A DNA stretch of 64,000 nucleotides from Podarcis tiliguerta (Eukaryota). The stretch lies in NCBI GenBank assembly GCA_965153285.1, contig OZ229115.1. The stretch is one strand, 5' to 3'. A program made the translations under genes and the position numbers. The notes under the pieces were generated by a model. That model ran no database searches. It was not told the DNA's origin and saw only the letters and a program-made list of their open reading frames with translations. This document shows, in pieces, positions 23,801-37,700 of this stretch. How positions within the stretch are numbered: the first letter of the stretch is position 1; each line of letters starts with the position of its first letter.

Positions 23801-26800
23801 CAATATGCAGTTTGTTAGGCCTCTGACTGACGGCTGGATTTCTAAACAGTTGTGATATCCCATTTTGTGAGATGTTGGCAGGTGTAGATTTCACTTGAGA
23901 TGTGTTTGTAAAACATAGTTTTGGAACCGTCTCTCAGGGCTAAACCATCCAGTACATTTAATGACTTTTTGTATTTAGCTGACTGTTGTTTTAAACCGAA
24001 ACAAGTTCATGAGGGCCCAGTCCGGATAGGGATTGGGGTGGGTGGAGAAGAAAGAGTTATCCCTTTCCCAGCCTGCCCATGTCTCCAGGCAAATAGCAGC
24101 TGGCGATGGGCGTTTCTTTGAGACTGCTGCTAGGAGGGGAAGTGTTAAATGACACCTCCCCATCTGCCATGGTCCCATTCCTGACCACCCTTCCCTGCTA
24201 TATTTATTTCTAAGTGACCAAATAGTTGCATGAAATGTAGCAGGACATTTAACACAATGCATACTTTGTCTTGTAGATAGTCTGTTTAGTTTTTGTACAT
24301 TTCTCTTACTTTTCCTATTTTGTTTTACAGAGCAAGTTCTTTCCAGATTTGCCCAAAGTTAGCACCGCCCAGGAAGCAGTCCAGAAAGCGATTCAATTCT
24401 TCTCTGGCCTGCAAGCGGAAGATGGCCATTGGGCCATGGAGTGCTCTGGCGTTCTCTCTCTTGCACCAGGTACATGGACACTAGTGGATTTACCACATAT
24501 ACATTAACTGGCTAAGGAGGACCTCCCTGTATATTTTCTATAAACTTGTTTATCTTCTTTTACCAGACAGACACAAATAGGTTGACATTTGGAGAAACCT
24601 CTTAAACTGAGGCCTTCTTTTAAGAGCTATTATGCAGTGTGTGAATGTTCCTCGCTCGAGACACTTCTCCACTCTTTGAAAACTTCTTTGATCTCAGTGT
24701 CATGAATGTCTTCTTCCATGCATGAGAGGCTAAACCTTGAACCCTCTTAATTCAGAAGGGAGTTTTTGTAACTAAGATATATATCCCTGTTATCTTCCAT
24801 CACTGCATAATTATTTCAGCTGACAGGAGTGTCAGGGGTCGACACTTAGTCTTCCATTACCTTCCCTGGAAGTCTGATCCCTGGAAGATGTGTATGTTCT
24901 TCAAGCCAGATTGCCTTGGGTCACCTGCCTGGGAAATTCTTCATTCTCAGAATTTCCTATAGTTAAATTTATATACATATTTAAATCCCTCTATTTAGGA
25001 AAACGAAGTCTAGCCTCTCTCACAAAGCAGAATACTTATTCAGTATATCCAGAACAGGGGGATAATCCATTGAATCCATTGTGCAGGATACTGTCCATCA
25101 ATGGCATCATACAGCTGTATGGAGATGTGGTAGACCAGATGATTTAAATTTTTTCTTCCCCTTACAGTTAATCTTAATTATTATTTTTAACTGTCTTTAC
25201 TGAAAAGTTTAATATTTCCTGTAAACCACTTAGCGGGATTATGTCACTGAAGTGGTATATAAATAAATAATAAAATTTGATTTGTGTGCAGATCAAGATG
25301 AGAGAGAAATTTGATTCAGTTTGCAGTTAAAGGTCTTATTAGCACTTTCAGAAACAGTTTGAGAACTGAAACACAGGCATTCTTTGAAGTTCGCTCTTCA
25401 CTGATTTTTGTAGTGCCACGTAGTGTGTACAATGGCGTATACTAGAGTAAAAACACAAATATTGTTATGTTTGACCTTTTTCTTCTGTTTCAAGATGGTA
25501 AAAACAAACGAACAATGGGGTACAAAAGCATAAGTTACGTTTCAATATCCAAACAGGCGGTTTATTGGCAAATCATACCAAAGTTAAGATTGTCAAGTAC
25601 TACACATCTTCTTCTCCTTTTTTAACCAAACAGCTATTTTGATGTCATGTTATGCTGCCAAGATCTCACTACCAGAAGAGGTTGAGAGAGAGCTCCTGCG
25701 CTACATCCTCTCAAAACAGCTTCCAGATGGTGGCTGGGGCCTGTAAGTAGTCCAAGGAGGGTGTGAGCTTCTCTAGAGTGGCCTGGGGAGAGATGTTCTA
25801 ATTCTGCATATCTTTGTCTTGGGCTGGTCCATGATGCAATTCCCCCATGAAGGCTTCTTTAAATCACTTCTGCATTCTGCTGTCTTTTGACTGTGAGCCT
25901 TTTATTTGCAATACTCACCATGTGAACTGGGCACCAGCGTAGATGACCAGAATGCAAGCTGGCCTCAGCATGTACTGAAGTTGCCCAGCTGTGGCGGAGA
26001 AAGATAGAATTCTGGCATGATGAGTGGAGAGAGGCAACAATAATGAAGATATGATATCTGACATAGCTATTGCCTTTGAAAAGCACCATCTTTAGGAAGT
26101 ATTACTATTGATAAATGGTGTGGTGAGGCCAGGTTGCCTCCATCCAAATGTAGCCTGTCAAACCACAAAATGGATTGGAGTTTGATTGAGCTTTGAATCT
26201 GAATTCTTAGTAGCATAGTATCAACTTTATTTAGCTGCAATGGAATTTCAACTGGTACTCAGGTTGTGTGAGCTGCTCTCAAGCCCATGCTGCCTCATGA
26301 AAGGAAAGATTTCAAAGTACCAAATGCCCTTCATTAAGGCATTACTTTTTTAAAAAGGTAATACCAAACAAAAGAAGGTATTCTGTGGTGCCCCGGCTAA
26401 TGGTTAGCTGACTGGGTATGGGTGAGGCAAATTCTCAGAGAAGCTTTTGAATTTAAGGTAATGCACCAGAAGAATGGAAACTAAACAATTCAAAGAGATT
26501 TCTAGACCTCTGGACTCACTGGTCCACTTTCTAATGGCTCTTTGATTTCTCTTTTCATGTAGCCACCTTAAAGAACAGTCAACAGTATTTGGCACAACCT
26601 TTAGCTACATAGCTATGCGAATCCTTGGACTTGGGCCTGACCATCCAGATGTAGTGCGGGCTCGGATAAATCTGCACAAGAAAGGTAAGGCAGAAATCTC
26701 CGGCAGGGCTGGATCAATCCATTTTGCTGGAATGTAGTGCCCAGGCAAAGCTGGGGGCCCTGATGTAGTTATTTGGGAGCATCTTCCTATTCTGTCTCCC

Positions 26801-28664
26801 GCCCTCCCTTCTTTTGTGGGTCTTTTTAGAAATCACCATAGATTGATCATAGAAATTGTGTCTATGTCCCAAATAGAAGATGCTGGTCATATCTTCCCTC
26901 CCATTTTCCCTTCTCTAAAATTTATATTGGGAACTCTTGGGATGGGGGACATGGACCTGCCCTTTTATGCCACTCCATAATGCACAATATACAGTGATAA
27001 AAATTTATTTTACTGTATTCTTTATTTTACTGTATTCTTAGAAATACAAAGAATCAGGTGAATTATAACCTCCCTTTTGCAGTAGCATTTTGCGGTGAAC
27101 CCCCTCTTAACTACTGCTTATTTTTTTTTTTTTTTGGTTTTATGAAGAAAACTCTCTGGTACTTGGAGACTTAGGAAGCTTAAGCATAGAGGTAGTGTTG
27201 GGTGGTATTAAATGTGGACACCACAGCAGTTCTTATACTCATGTCTCCTCCTGATATAGGTAAGAAGAAATCTGAAAAACCACATGCCATATGGCTCTCT
27301 CTAAATAATGAGAACAATCCTAGAAAAAAGAAAGCTAGGATTAAATGTCTTTGTCGTCTTCCTGTACAAAAGAGGGTCTTTCCAAGCACTATTTCCCTTT
27401 TCATAGTTTTGCAAAGTATCTTCACAGCAAGGCAATAATCGTATCTAGGTTTTCATTGTAAATTTATTTGGCTTTGTCCCCTTCAGTCTACAGAAGCAAA
27501 GATGTTGATAATTCTCTCTCCAGGTGGCGCTCTTGGAATCCCTAACTTGGGCAAAGTTTGGCTGGCCATTATGAATTTGTACAGCTGGGAGGGAATGAAT
27601 TCACCATTTCCCGAGTTGTGGTATGTGTCCGAAAGTTTACTGATCCCCACCCTACGCCACCAATCATGAAATCCCCCTCCCAATGTCTACAGTGTTACAC
27701 AGTAGACAAATTCTTTATTAAATAACAGTGACTTGGAAATTTAAATTAATCCATATTAATCTTCACCACTCTTACAGGTCCAAAGAGGCCTGGGCTAGTT
27801 CCAGTTTTTGAGGCCCCTAGCCATAAAAAAATAAAGATAAGAATGACAACTCTGGAAAACAAAATAAGGCACCAACAACATAGTGGGGGATTATTGCTTT
27901 GTTTGTTATTGTGTTATTGTGTTTTTATACTTTAAATTGCCCTGATCCTCAGATGAAGGGCAATATAACCTGCTTTTAGTGTTACCACTATATCCAGGAT
28001 TCCTGACATTGTCTTCCATGAACCTGTTTCTTCCTTCTTTCTGAAATAGGCTGTTTCCTACATGGCTGCCGGGACATCCCTCAACATACTGGTGTCACGC
28101 TCGCCATATCACCCTCGCGATGAGCTACTGCTATGCCACTCGCCTGACTATAGAAGAAGATGAATTGATCCAGAGTCTAAGACAGGCAAGGCAACATTCT
28201 CCAAACATCCCACCATCTTTGGTCAAAGTGGGACCCTCGTACTGCCTTGGATCTGCACTTGGGGGATTGCTTGCTTGTATCTGATAGGGAGAAGGCTAAA
28301 CTGGATGTCTTATTTTCCATTTAAGGCAGAAGTCGAGCTCAGAGCATTGGTGTTTCAAAATGCCATGGGAATATTTATTTTGGAGAGAGGTGGGAGCATG
28401 GAAACTTGGCCATCCCTATTCCATAGGGGAGGGCAACTTTGGGAGGGTAGAATTTGGAGTGGAGATGGTGCTCATGGCATCACCCTGCTAAGTCACATAA
28501 GTTTCTCTCCATTCATGCTATTATTTTAATTTATTTAAATGGCTCTGTGCTTCCTGTGCCACAAAGTATTCATTAACTCTTTGCCTCTTTTCGTAAAAAC
28601 TGGTGAACAACATCAATATTGCCTCCTACATCACTGTAATACCACAATCTCCCTTTTTGATGCT

Positions 28665-28703
<39 letters not shown>

Positions 28704-31700
28704 CTCCCCCCCCCCCTTTTGGTGTGGTAAAAGGAGCTTTCTTCTCCCCTCTTCTGTACTACCAGAAAAACAAATCAATGAAGAACTGTTGAACCATTAA
28801 TCTCCTATGTAGTACCCTTCTCTTTCTCATCTAATGTTTTATTTATTTATTAATAATTATTTATTATTTATTATAACATACTTTTTCATTTAAGTATCAA
28901 AATGGTGATGACTTAGACTATAGCTCATGAAAGCTGATGCCATAACACAGGGAGGGGAAAATGCTGAAATGAATTTGCTGGGGTTTTTTAAAAGATCCGA
29001 AATGACATTTGTCAAGTACACTAATATCCTGCTGCTTCTTTACTATGAAAGTCATTTCACTTCATGGTTTCCTTCTAGGAGATTTATGTGGAGGACTTCT
29101 CCACCATTGATTGGCCAGCCCAGAGGAACAATATTTATGAAGCCGATTTGCATTCTGCTCACAGCTGGATGCTGGATGCTGCTTTTGGTGAGTGATTTTG
29201 GAATTGGCAAGTCTTTTTCCAGGAGTTCAGGCCTCCAACGTAGGTTTCCTAGGGTTTAGTTGAGAGAAAGAGATTTCTGTTGGTATAGGCAAACACTTTT
29301 CATCAGAGGATATCCATGGAAACACACAACATTTTCCAAGTTTCATATTATCATATGTAGCAAGCAAATATTTAGCCAATTACAAGGACAAGGGATATTG
29401 AATCACACCGTGAAGACAGCGTGTGGGATCTCTCACACGATCTGAATTGTGATTTCTACCCCGCCCATTGCTTTTACAGTGTGAATTGGGATCCCCTGCC
29501 ATTGTTGATCAGTTAAGGAAGAACAAGATATGTAACTACTTGATGCAGGGGTGCCAACAGGATTATCTGGGTCCAATGCATTGTACCTTGATTGGGCTCT
29601 CTGACTCACTTGCCAAAGAGAACGCAGATCTGCATAAAATGTGTGTGTGTGTTGTGTAACATGCAAATTTGTGTCCTCTTTTGCAGGTAAGGTGGGAGGC
29701 CCACAAATGAAGAAGGGCATGTTTTGCTTCTTTACATTCTCATAGTTTGGGGGCCCTACTGATCCCAATGAGAGCTAGTGGGAGGGTCCTAGCAGCAGTT
29801 TTATGGCGCTTAATGACCCCCCCCCCATTTGCTTCCCAGTGAACCTTAAAATGATCAAACTGTTTCATTCCATTTCTCTAGATCTAACCTTGCCCAAGCC
29901 AAAGGAGAAAATCTGGCAGGGATTGTGATTTTGGCTCTTCAATTTTGGGGGTGGGGGTGGGTCCAGGGTGGAGGTTTGTTGGGAAAGATTTTGGGAGGGG
30001 ATCTGCAAAAGGTTCATGGAAGTTGGGGGTAAATGAAAAGAAAAAAACCAAATGACCCCAAACAACTGGTGCCCACCCCTTCACTGATCCCCCCCCCCAA
30101 AAAAAATCATATTTGAAATTAGGGGCTGAAATCCTGCCTCTGTTTTGAGCCAAAATATATTTCAGAAGCAAGTGCCATTGAATTCAATGGCGCCCTCTTC
30201 CAGGTAATTGCATGGAGGATTGCAGCCCCAAACACATGAGGAAGATAGAACTGCATTAACATGATTGCGATGTTCATAGTGACTCTCTTATTCCTTCTGC
30301 AGCTACCTTCAATTTGTATGAGAGATACCATTTCACCAGTTTCAGAAAGCAAGCCATTGCAGAAATGTATGAGCAAATCAAGGCTGACGACATATTCTCA
30401 AATGCCACCAATTCTAGCCCGGTAGGTCCCTTGTGAAGAAAAAAATTGTACTGGGAACAAATTCCTTTTGATGACAGCATATACTCATTCTCTTGAGGAA
30501 GCTTTGCTTCAAAAACCAAACAGAGAGCTATGTTTGTGGCAATCTTGTTCTGCCCGCTTGAGTTTCTGTGTTTGGCTGGTGAGATACAGACAGGTAGTCG
30601 TGTGGCAGATGAGAGTGCTAAGCATGCAGGTATTGCAGAGGGGAATTCCTAACTGTAATGATATTCTCTTTTGTCCTGCAGACTTGTAAAGCATTTCATG
30701 TGCTAATAAGCAGGTATGCTGATGGAGCCGATTCTCCAGCTTTTCAAGAACATATCTCCAGGATCTATGACTACCTTTGGTAAGCCTGGCATATTTATTC
30801 AAACCCATCTTTGTAGAACCCTGAACATGCTCTTGCATAAGTGTGCTTTTGCAGACCTGGATCTTTCCTCAAACCAAGGTCAATCAGACTAGGAAATGTA
30901 AATGGTGTGTACACCTGTGACAGCCGTAGTATGTGCACACATGAGCACAGATGCTCAGATGGCAGCTTCATTACTAGGAGTTCTGTGAGGGTGCGGGGGA
31001 CCAGCAATGGCATGCACACTCTGTAAAGATCTCTGCCTCTGATGTGAAACAACACTGTGCAAATGCAGCTTGCAGTGCAGTAGGAAAAAAAATCACCTTG
31101 TTGTGTTTTAAGCTGCATATGTGAACATATCCTTATTTGCAGCATAGGTGGAACTCAGAAAGGTGTCATGCACACCTGCGTCCCACTCATTGTGTTGTCT
31201 GGAAGAGATTTCAGGGAGATTTTGCTTTTTGGCTATTCTTAAAGCCTATTCTAGTCTTGTCAAGCCTTGGTCTCCTGTTATGCAATGAAGTTAGAGAACT
31301 ACATGGACTTGCGTCTGCTATAATCTCTGCTTCTTATATCTCTGCAGGATTGGACAAGATGGTATGCTAATAAAGGTACAGTAGTGTGGACCCAGATGTT
31401 GGGAATTGCCGTGGCCTGCAATTTGCATTGCTTTGGTGACTCTGAAGCTGAGTTGTCTTCTGCCTGCCTGATATCAAAATATCAGGAGATCCAGTCTTGG
31501 ATCTCCTGCATATAGTGTAGCTTCACCCCAGGATTAGGCTAGGAGGCAAGATGTAACATAACACAAGGTCATGTAGCACCTTTTAAAAATGCTGAACCAG
31601 ATATTATCTAATATGCTGAAAATCCAAAGACTTGTGTTGCTTAACTGAGTTTCAGTTCAGCAGAGAAGTTCAGATTTTTGCAAGTCATAGCTGCAGAACA

Positions 31701-34700
31701 AAGGGAAAAGTTCTTGAACCCAGGGAAATTGAGCAGTACAATAAAAAACAGGCAAGTAAACATGTGGAGGAGCCCTTTAATTACTGATTTATTCTTAGTG
31801 TTCTTGCTTTCTTTTTAAATAGTGCACTGGAACATACATTTTAAAACAGAAAATAAAAATGCGAAAAAACCAGTTGTTTAAGATCTCCCACAATTACCAC
31901 ACAATTCTGACCACATGAAATTCAGGGACCCCCCCCCTACATTTTCCCATCTTCTACTCAGTTAAGCAGGAGGCCTTATCACCGTTCCATGAGACATTCC
32001 AGCCCTTAAGGAGGGTGCAGAGCAAGGCCAGTGGGGGAGGGTGTAGGCTGGGAAGTGGGCATGACTGGGGAAGCATCCAAAGGGCTGGGTAGAGAGGACT
32101 GCCTTTAGATCCCAGGCCATTGGTTCTCCACCCCTGATCTAATGGACAAAACTCTTCTTCATTTCTTTATATCAGGTCATGGGATCACAGACCTGGGATA
32201 CATCATTTGCCATTCAAGGCTTCTTGGAGGTATCATTTTATATTGTCAAATCTTCTGCTTTTGTTCTCTCCACAATAATTTCCATTTACATATATATATT
32301 TTAGATGAATGAACTGGCATGTAGAGAGTGTGTATTCATTATTTAACCAAAGCACACACACTACAAGATCCGAACACCTCGTATGCCTGTCATGGTTAAC
32401 CAAGAAAGGCATGTTCTCCAGGTGATTCTTAGGACATGAGGTCCAGAAATCCACACACTGAGTATTCCTTTTGTAACACTGAAGTTATCCCTGAAGAACT
32501 TGCATTTATTTTTGTGGCTGTCCAAAGTGATGATTTTGTGTAAGTGTCTGAGATTTTCTCTGTGACTTTCCTGGGTCAGAATTCTTAATAATAACTTCTG
32601 TCTTTTTCTAGGCTGGGGTTCAGAACAATCCTGACTATGCGTCCTGTCTGAAAAAAGCCCATGAATTCTTGAAAGCCTCTCAGGTAAAGCACTGATCTTG
32701 GAATAACATACACAGGGAATCAATACCGCTTTCAGCTGTCTCAGCAAAAGAATTAGGAGTGAAACGCTTGTCTCTTTTTGCAAAGTAACATGAGCTCCTT
32801 TCATGTGTTACTCATCATGAGAAGGAGCTATTAGGTTATCAAAGGCAACGGGCCTATTTGACCTAGATGTTGAAGGGCAGCTTCCAAGGTTGTATGGTTT
32901 TCCCTAGCCCTGCCTCTGATATCCTTGCATTTAGACATGGATGCCTGCATAGGCATAGCTTAATGTGTGGGTGTTGTGGTCATGAAATGTTGTGCAACCT
33001 TGAAGGCAGAGCCAGAGTGTGGTCCAGCTGCCTCTTGATCACGTGAGATTCATTCAGCTGAATAATGTGTCATGGTGGGACTATAGAATAATACGTTTTT
33101 AATCTGAAGCCCATGTGATCCTTGACTGTAATGTCAATTCGGTTCTATAGTGTGGCTTCAGTCCTGTGTAAAACCTTGTATATCCACTGCAATTTACCTC
33201 AACCGACACTGTGGGTTGTACGCAGTATGAATCCTATTCAGAGCAAACCCATTCAGGTTAATAAACATGCCCAATTTGAGTTCATAAATTTCAGTGAGTC
33301 TGCTTTGAGTAGCGCTGGCACTGAACACAACCCTATGTGCTGCCATTGTATCAGGCTGTAGCCATATTCTGTCTTCTAAATTGCAGACCATATTTCCGAC
33401 TGAGTTAATTTATTTTCTATTGTTTATTAATTATTGCATAGCCCATCTTTTTTTCCGAGGAGCTTACTGAACTTTTCTTCCTCCTTACTGAATCCGCACA
33501 ACAACGCTGTGAGGAATTTTAGGCTGAGAGGAAGTAGGGATTGGCATCCTGGTCTCTCAGGTCCAACACTCAAACTGTTATGCCACACTGGCTTTCTCTG
33601 GTTATAAATATATTCTGATTGTCTTTTATTAATATGCTGCTAATCTGTTTTTCAGATTGTAGATAACCCACCTAACTACCAGAGATATTATCGCCAGATG
33701 AACAAGGTACATCCAGAATTGTGTCCTGTCTGTGTGACCCATAGCCAGCTAAAAAAGAGTCTTTAAGTGTTAATTCTGAGAACCCAAGGAGCCTGCTGGT
33801 TTAGGCCAGGGCCCATCTAGTCTAGTGTCCTGAAAAAGAAATATGGATCACCCGTCAAATCCCTGGTTGCTTTATTGGGATCTTTTTGGGAGGAGATGCC
33901 TCTACACTGACTGCTGCCCAAGGAGTCCTAATGTATTTTCTTCAATATCCAGGGTGGATTCCCCTTCAGCAATCGAGAGAATGACTGGATAGTCAGTGAC
34001 TGCACTGCTGAGGCCATGAGGACATTGATGCTGCTGGAGGAAAAATGCCCCTTCATAGAAGATCATGTGGCACCTCAGCGCCTCTTTGATGCTGTCAATG
34101 TGGTGAGAAGGGGGAAAGGCCAGAAGAGAAAATGGGAAGCAGGCAGGAGGAAGCTATTGTGGGAAGACTGAAGTCATCTAGCATTCAGTAATAGTGCTGA
34201 GGAGAATATTGGTTTTGTAGGACCGTAGGCTAAGAGAATTGGTGGAAGTGTCCCTATGGCAGCCTTGTATCCTCTGTGAAGGATGATCAGTCTTGAAGTT
34301 TGAGTTCCTTAAGCTCAGGTAAAGGGTTGTAACGTAGCAGGACTGAGAGCAATCTCCCTCAGTAAGCTGGATCGAAAGCTCACTGGGTATTAGGATTGAC
34401 AACAGACGGACTACTGATTTTGTTCATTGGAAAGTAGCTATTACATGCTTATGCTTTACTTAATCAATCTGAAGTCAAATATATAATGAGTTAATCTCTT
34501 TCCATATAGTGGTAATTTGGAGTTAAATCACATTTGATAGAAATACGCAAGTTAGCAAATTTTGTCCTGGAATCCTCATCATAGTCGCAAGGAGCAATGA
34601 CACTTTCTAGTGTTTGCTAGGAGAACAGAATCTTCCCATCCACTGAGTTCTCCATTTGCCTAATATGGTGAGAGAGGGCCAACTGGCACGACTACATATG

Positions 34701-37700
34701 TACGGAGAACCACTCTCCATTTGTTTAACTGCACTTGAAGTAAAAAGATTGGTTTTTCAAGGTGTGATTTTACACACCCCTATAATATTTGGGACTTTTT
34801 AGTTTAGGAAAAAATCAAGTGAAGTAAGGATAAAGGAGTGGCTGGTGGGGCTGGGCAGGAGCTACCAGCCATGTGCCTCTGCAGGCAGGACAAAGCACAC
34901 CATGCCCATTCTTAAACCCTTTGCCTTGCTCCTTCCCCAATCGCACTTGTAATTTTTTTTGCAGATGCTGAACATGAGAAATTCTGATGGTGGTTTTTCA
35001 TCTTATGAAACCAGGCGTGGGAGTTGGCTACTGGAGATAATGAACTCCTCAGAGATATATGGTAAGAACACAGCCTTGGTATCAGAACAACTTAAATGGG
35101 AATCTTATGTGAATTTCTGGTCATCTTCACAAGAAAAGTCTGTTTCATAGTATTGGGGATAGATGCCAAGTCATGCAATCACAGCTTTGTATGTGTGGGA
35201 GCTTTGGGAAGGCAGTGCAAGGGTTCTGGCAGCATCCCAGAGCCTTTGCGCCACGTTTCCCAAAGGTGGGGGAAGCACTTACTGGGCTTTGGGAAGGAGG
35301 CATGAGGGCTCATGCAGTGCCATTGACAGTGGCTGCCAATGAGTCTATGGACCCAGTTCAACATAATTGGTTTTCAACTACACCACATGGGTCTTGCTTA
35401 TTTTAGAAGCCACCTCTCCCAGGATGACCCTACCACCTCACAGCCTTCAGGGAGGGGACACATTACTTTGAGGGTATTCTGTTATGGACTGCATGCCAGC
35501 AGTGGGTGTGGCCAGAGCCAACTCTTCCTCCTTTTGCCACACCCTTTGCACGCCCGTTTTGCTGATTGGCTTTTGGCGGGTGAAGAGCTGGCATTTGACC
35601 TGTTGCTTTTATAAACTCCCCCCCCCCCCCGCTGTTTAAACTGCTAGGTTTGTGCTCCCTTTTAAAGGATATAAATCTGTAAGCCATCTTGAAAGTTAAC
35701 ATTATTGACTTTCTGTTTTTCAGCTGACTGTATGGTCGACCACACCTATATAGAATGTACTTCATCAGTTATGCAGGGATTGAAACATTTTAGGAAAAGA
35801 TTCCCAAATCACCGGGAAGATGAAATCAGGTAAATGTATGAGGGGAAATCCCTAGAAGCTGGGAATGATGTTAGTGTTACATTATAATGCACATATTCTA
35901 TATTCTAAAAAACTGTTTAAGGGTACTCTCATTTCCTTACTCATATTGAAATACTGCCCCTCAATGAGGACAAACTTAGATTCACAAAATGTTTAGCGGT
36001 ATGCGTACCCCTGTGTCCTCCCCAGAAAAAAGCACTGGGAAAATGTATATGTTACATAGCATGCATGTTGTTTCCAACATGGAAGTGATACTTTTGTGAG
36101 ATGTTCATCTCATGTACAGCTACTGCTGGTGGTGGTTTAGATATCCTTAAAGGCAGATGAGGAACACTCTTGATCTTAATCAGCAATCACCTGGTAGGCT
36201 GGGAGGACCTACTACTGGGTCACAGCCTGCTCTAAGGTGGGTCACAATAGCAACACTAACGTCGTCAAAACATTAAGAAGTGGACCAAAGTTACGAAAAA
36301 GTCGAAGGCTACTTCAGGCGGCTGAATGCCATTGTTACAAGGGACTTGGGTTAATTATTGTCTGTTTAGCTTGAAATGTAAGCAGACTCCTTTGTTTTTC
36401 TTCTCAGTGATACTCTAAATAAGGCTTTGCAGTACTGTCGTAATATGCAGAAAGCTGATGGCTCCTGGTTAGGGTGAGTGGCTTACAAATATTCTAAACT
36501 TGACTGTGGTACTGGTTGGTGTAGTTTCTGAATGCACACATAGCATTCTGAAAGTAGGACTTGAAAAGGTTGTTGATGGGCTGTGGAAACCTTCACCTTT
36601 CGAATGACTTTCCTGCACAACAGTTTGGCAGACTGCTGCCTTGTGTGGAATGTGACACACCTAGTGGAACTCTTGCCTTTAGTAGCATCCCTAGGCTGCC
36701 TGTTACCTTCAAGAAGGAGACCTCCAGAACTTCGTCTGATTCATCTGCATTTGCAGTCTGCAGTTTGTGCTTTCAGTATTCTGCAAATATGAAACATTTC
36801 TGCGATGAAGGGTAAAACACATGCACAGAATGGGATTTCTCACTTCCTACTGTAGAGGGTTGTGCTGCAGCCTAACTCTGTGCATGGAAAAGAAAACACA
36901 GGAGCATCCAGCCTATTTTTAGAGGTAATGGGATCCTAAACTGATGTGTAAAATGGGCAGTTTCAGAATATGACACCTAAGAGGGCAGTTGTGAATCTTG
37001 TTCACCACAAACAACTGATTGCTAGCATGTCTAAGGAGTGATTAGAGACCTGCAGCCTAAAATGTAGTACCAATATTCCGGTGTCAGCAGCTTGCTCCAC
37101 CCTCAGTTAATCTATGTCTGTTCTGAGGCAGGATTTTGTGACCGTTCAACTGAGCAGTCTTTTAACAATGTAGTTGCATTAGGTAGTTGCACAAACCTTC
37201 ACATTGTCATTAGGCTTAGAGAGAAAACATACCGTACTGTTGGTAACACCATGTACTGATCCCATGCTGATCCCTACATGATTCATCAGGAGTATTCACA
37301 CCATGAGATCTACAGCCACTAAGTAAAATAACTGGTTATATAAATTAGATCTAGTTAGAACAATAGCAAGCAAGGAAAAACGCACAACTAGTTATAGCAA
37401 CAAGAGATTCTGGCTCTGACCAGGAATTTCACTGCAGGTTTATGATGAATGAACTTGGCTCCATCCCTCCTTTCACTACTTTGAAGAGAGTCCTGTCTGT
37501 AGACGATAAAACTTTGAAAAACTGCCAGCAAGAAGAAACCTTCTCCTCATCTAGTTGTTCACTGTTTGGTGCAGCTAATGGAGGGATATGAAAGTTTTGG
37601 AAGAAATGCAGAAAAAAGCATAGCTGAGATAGCTCAGATGATAGAACATGGGACTAGAAGGATTCTTGCATTGCAGGGGTTGGACTAGATGACCCTCATG

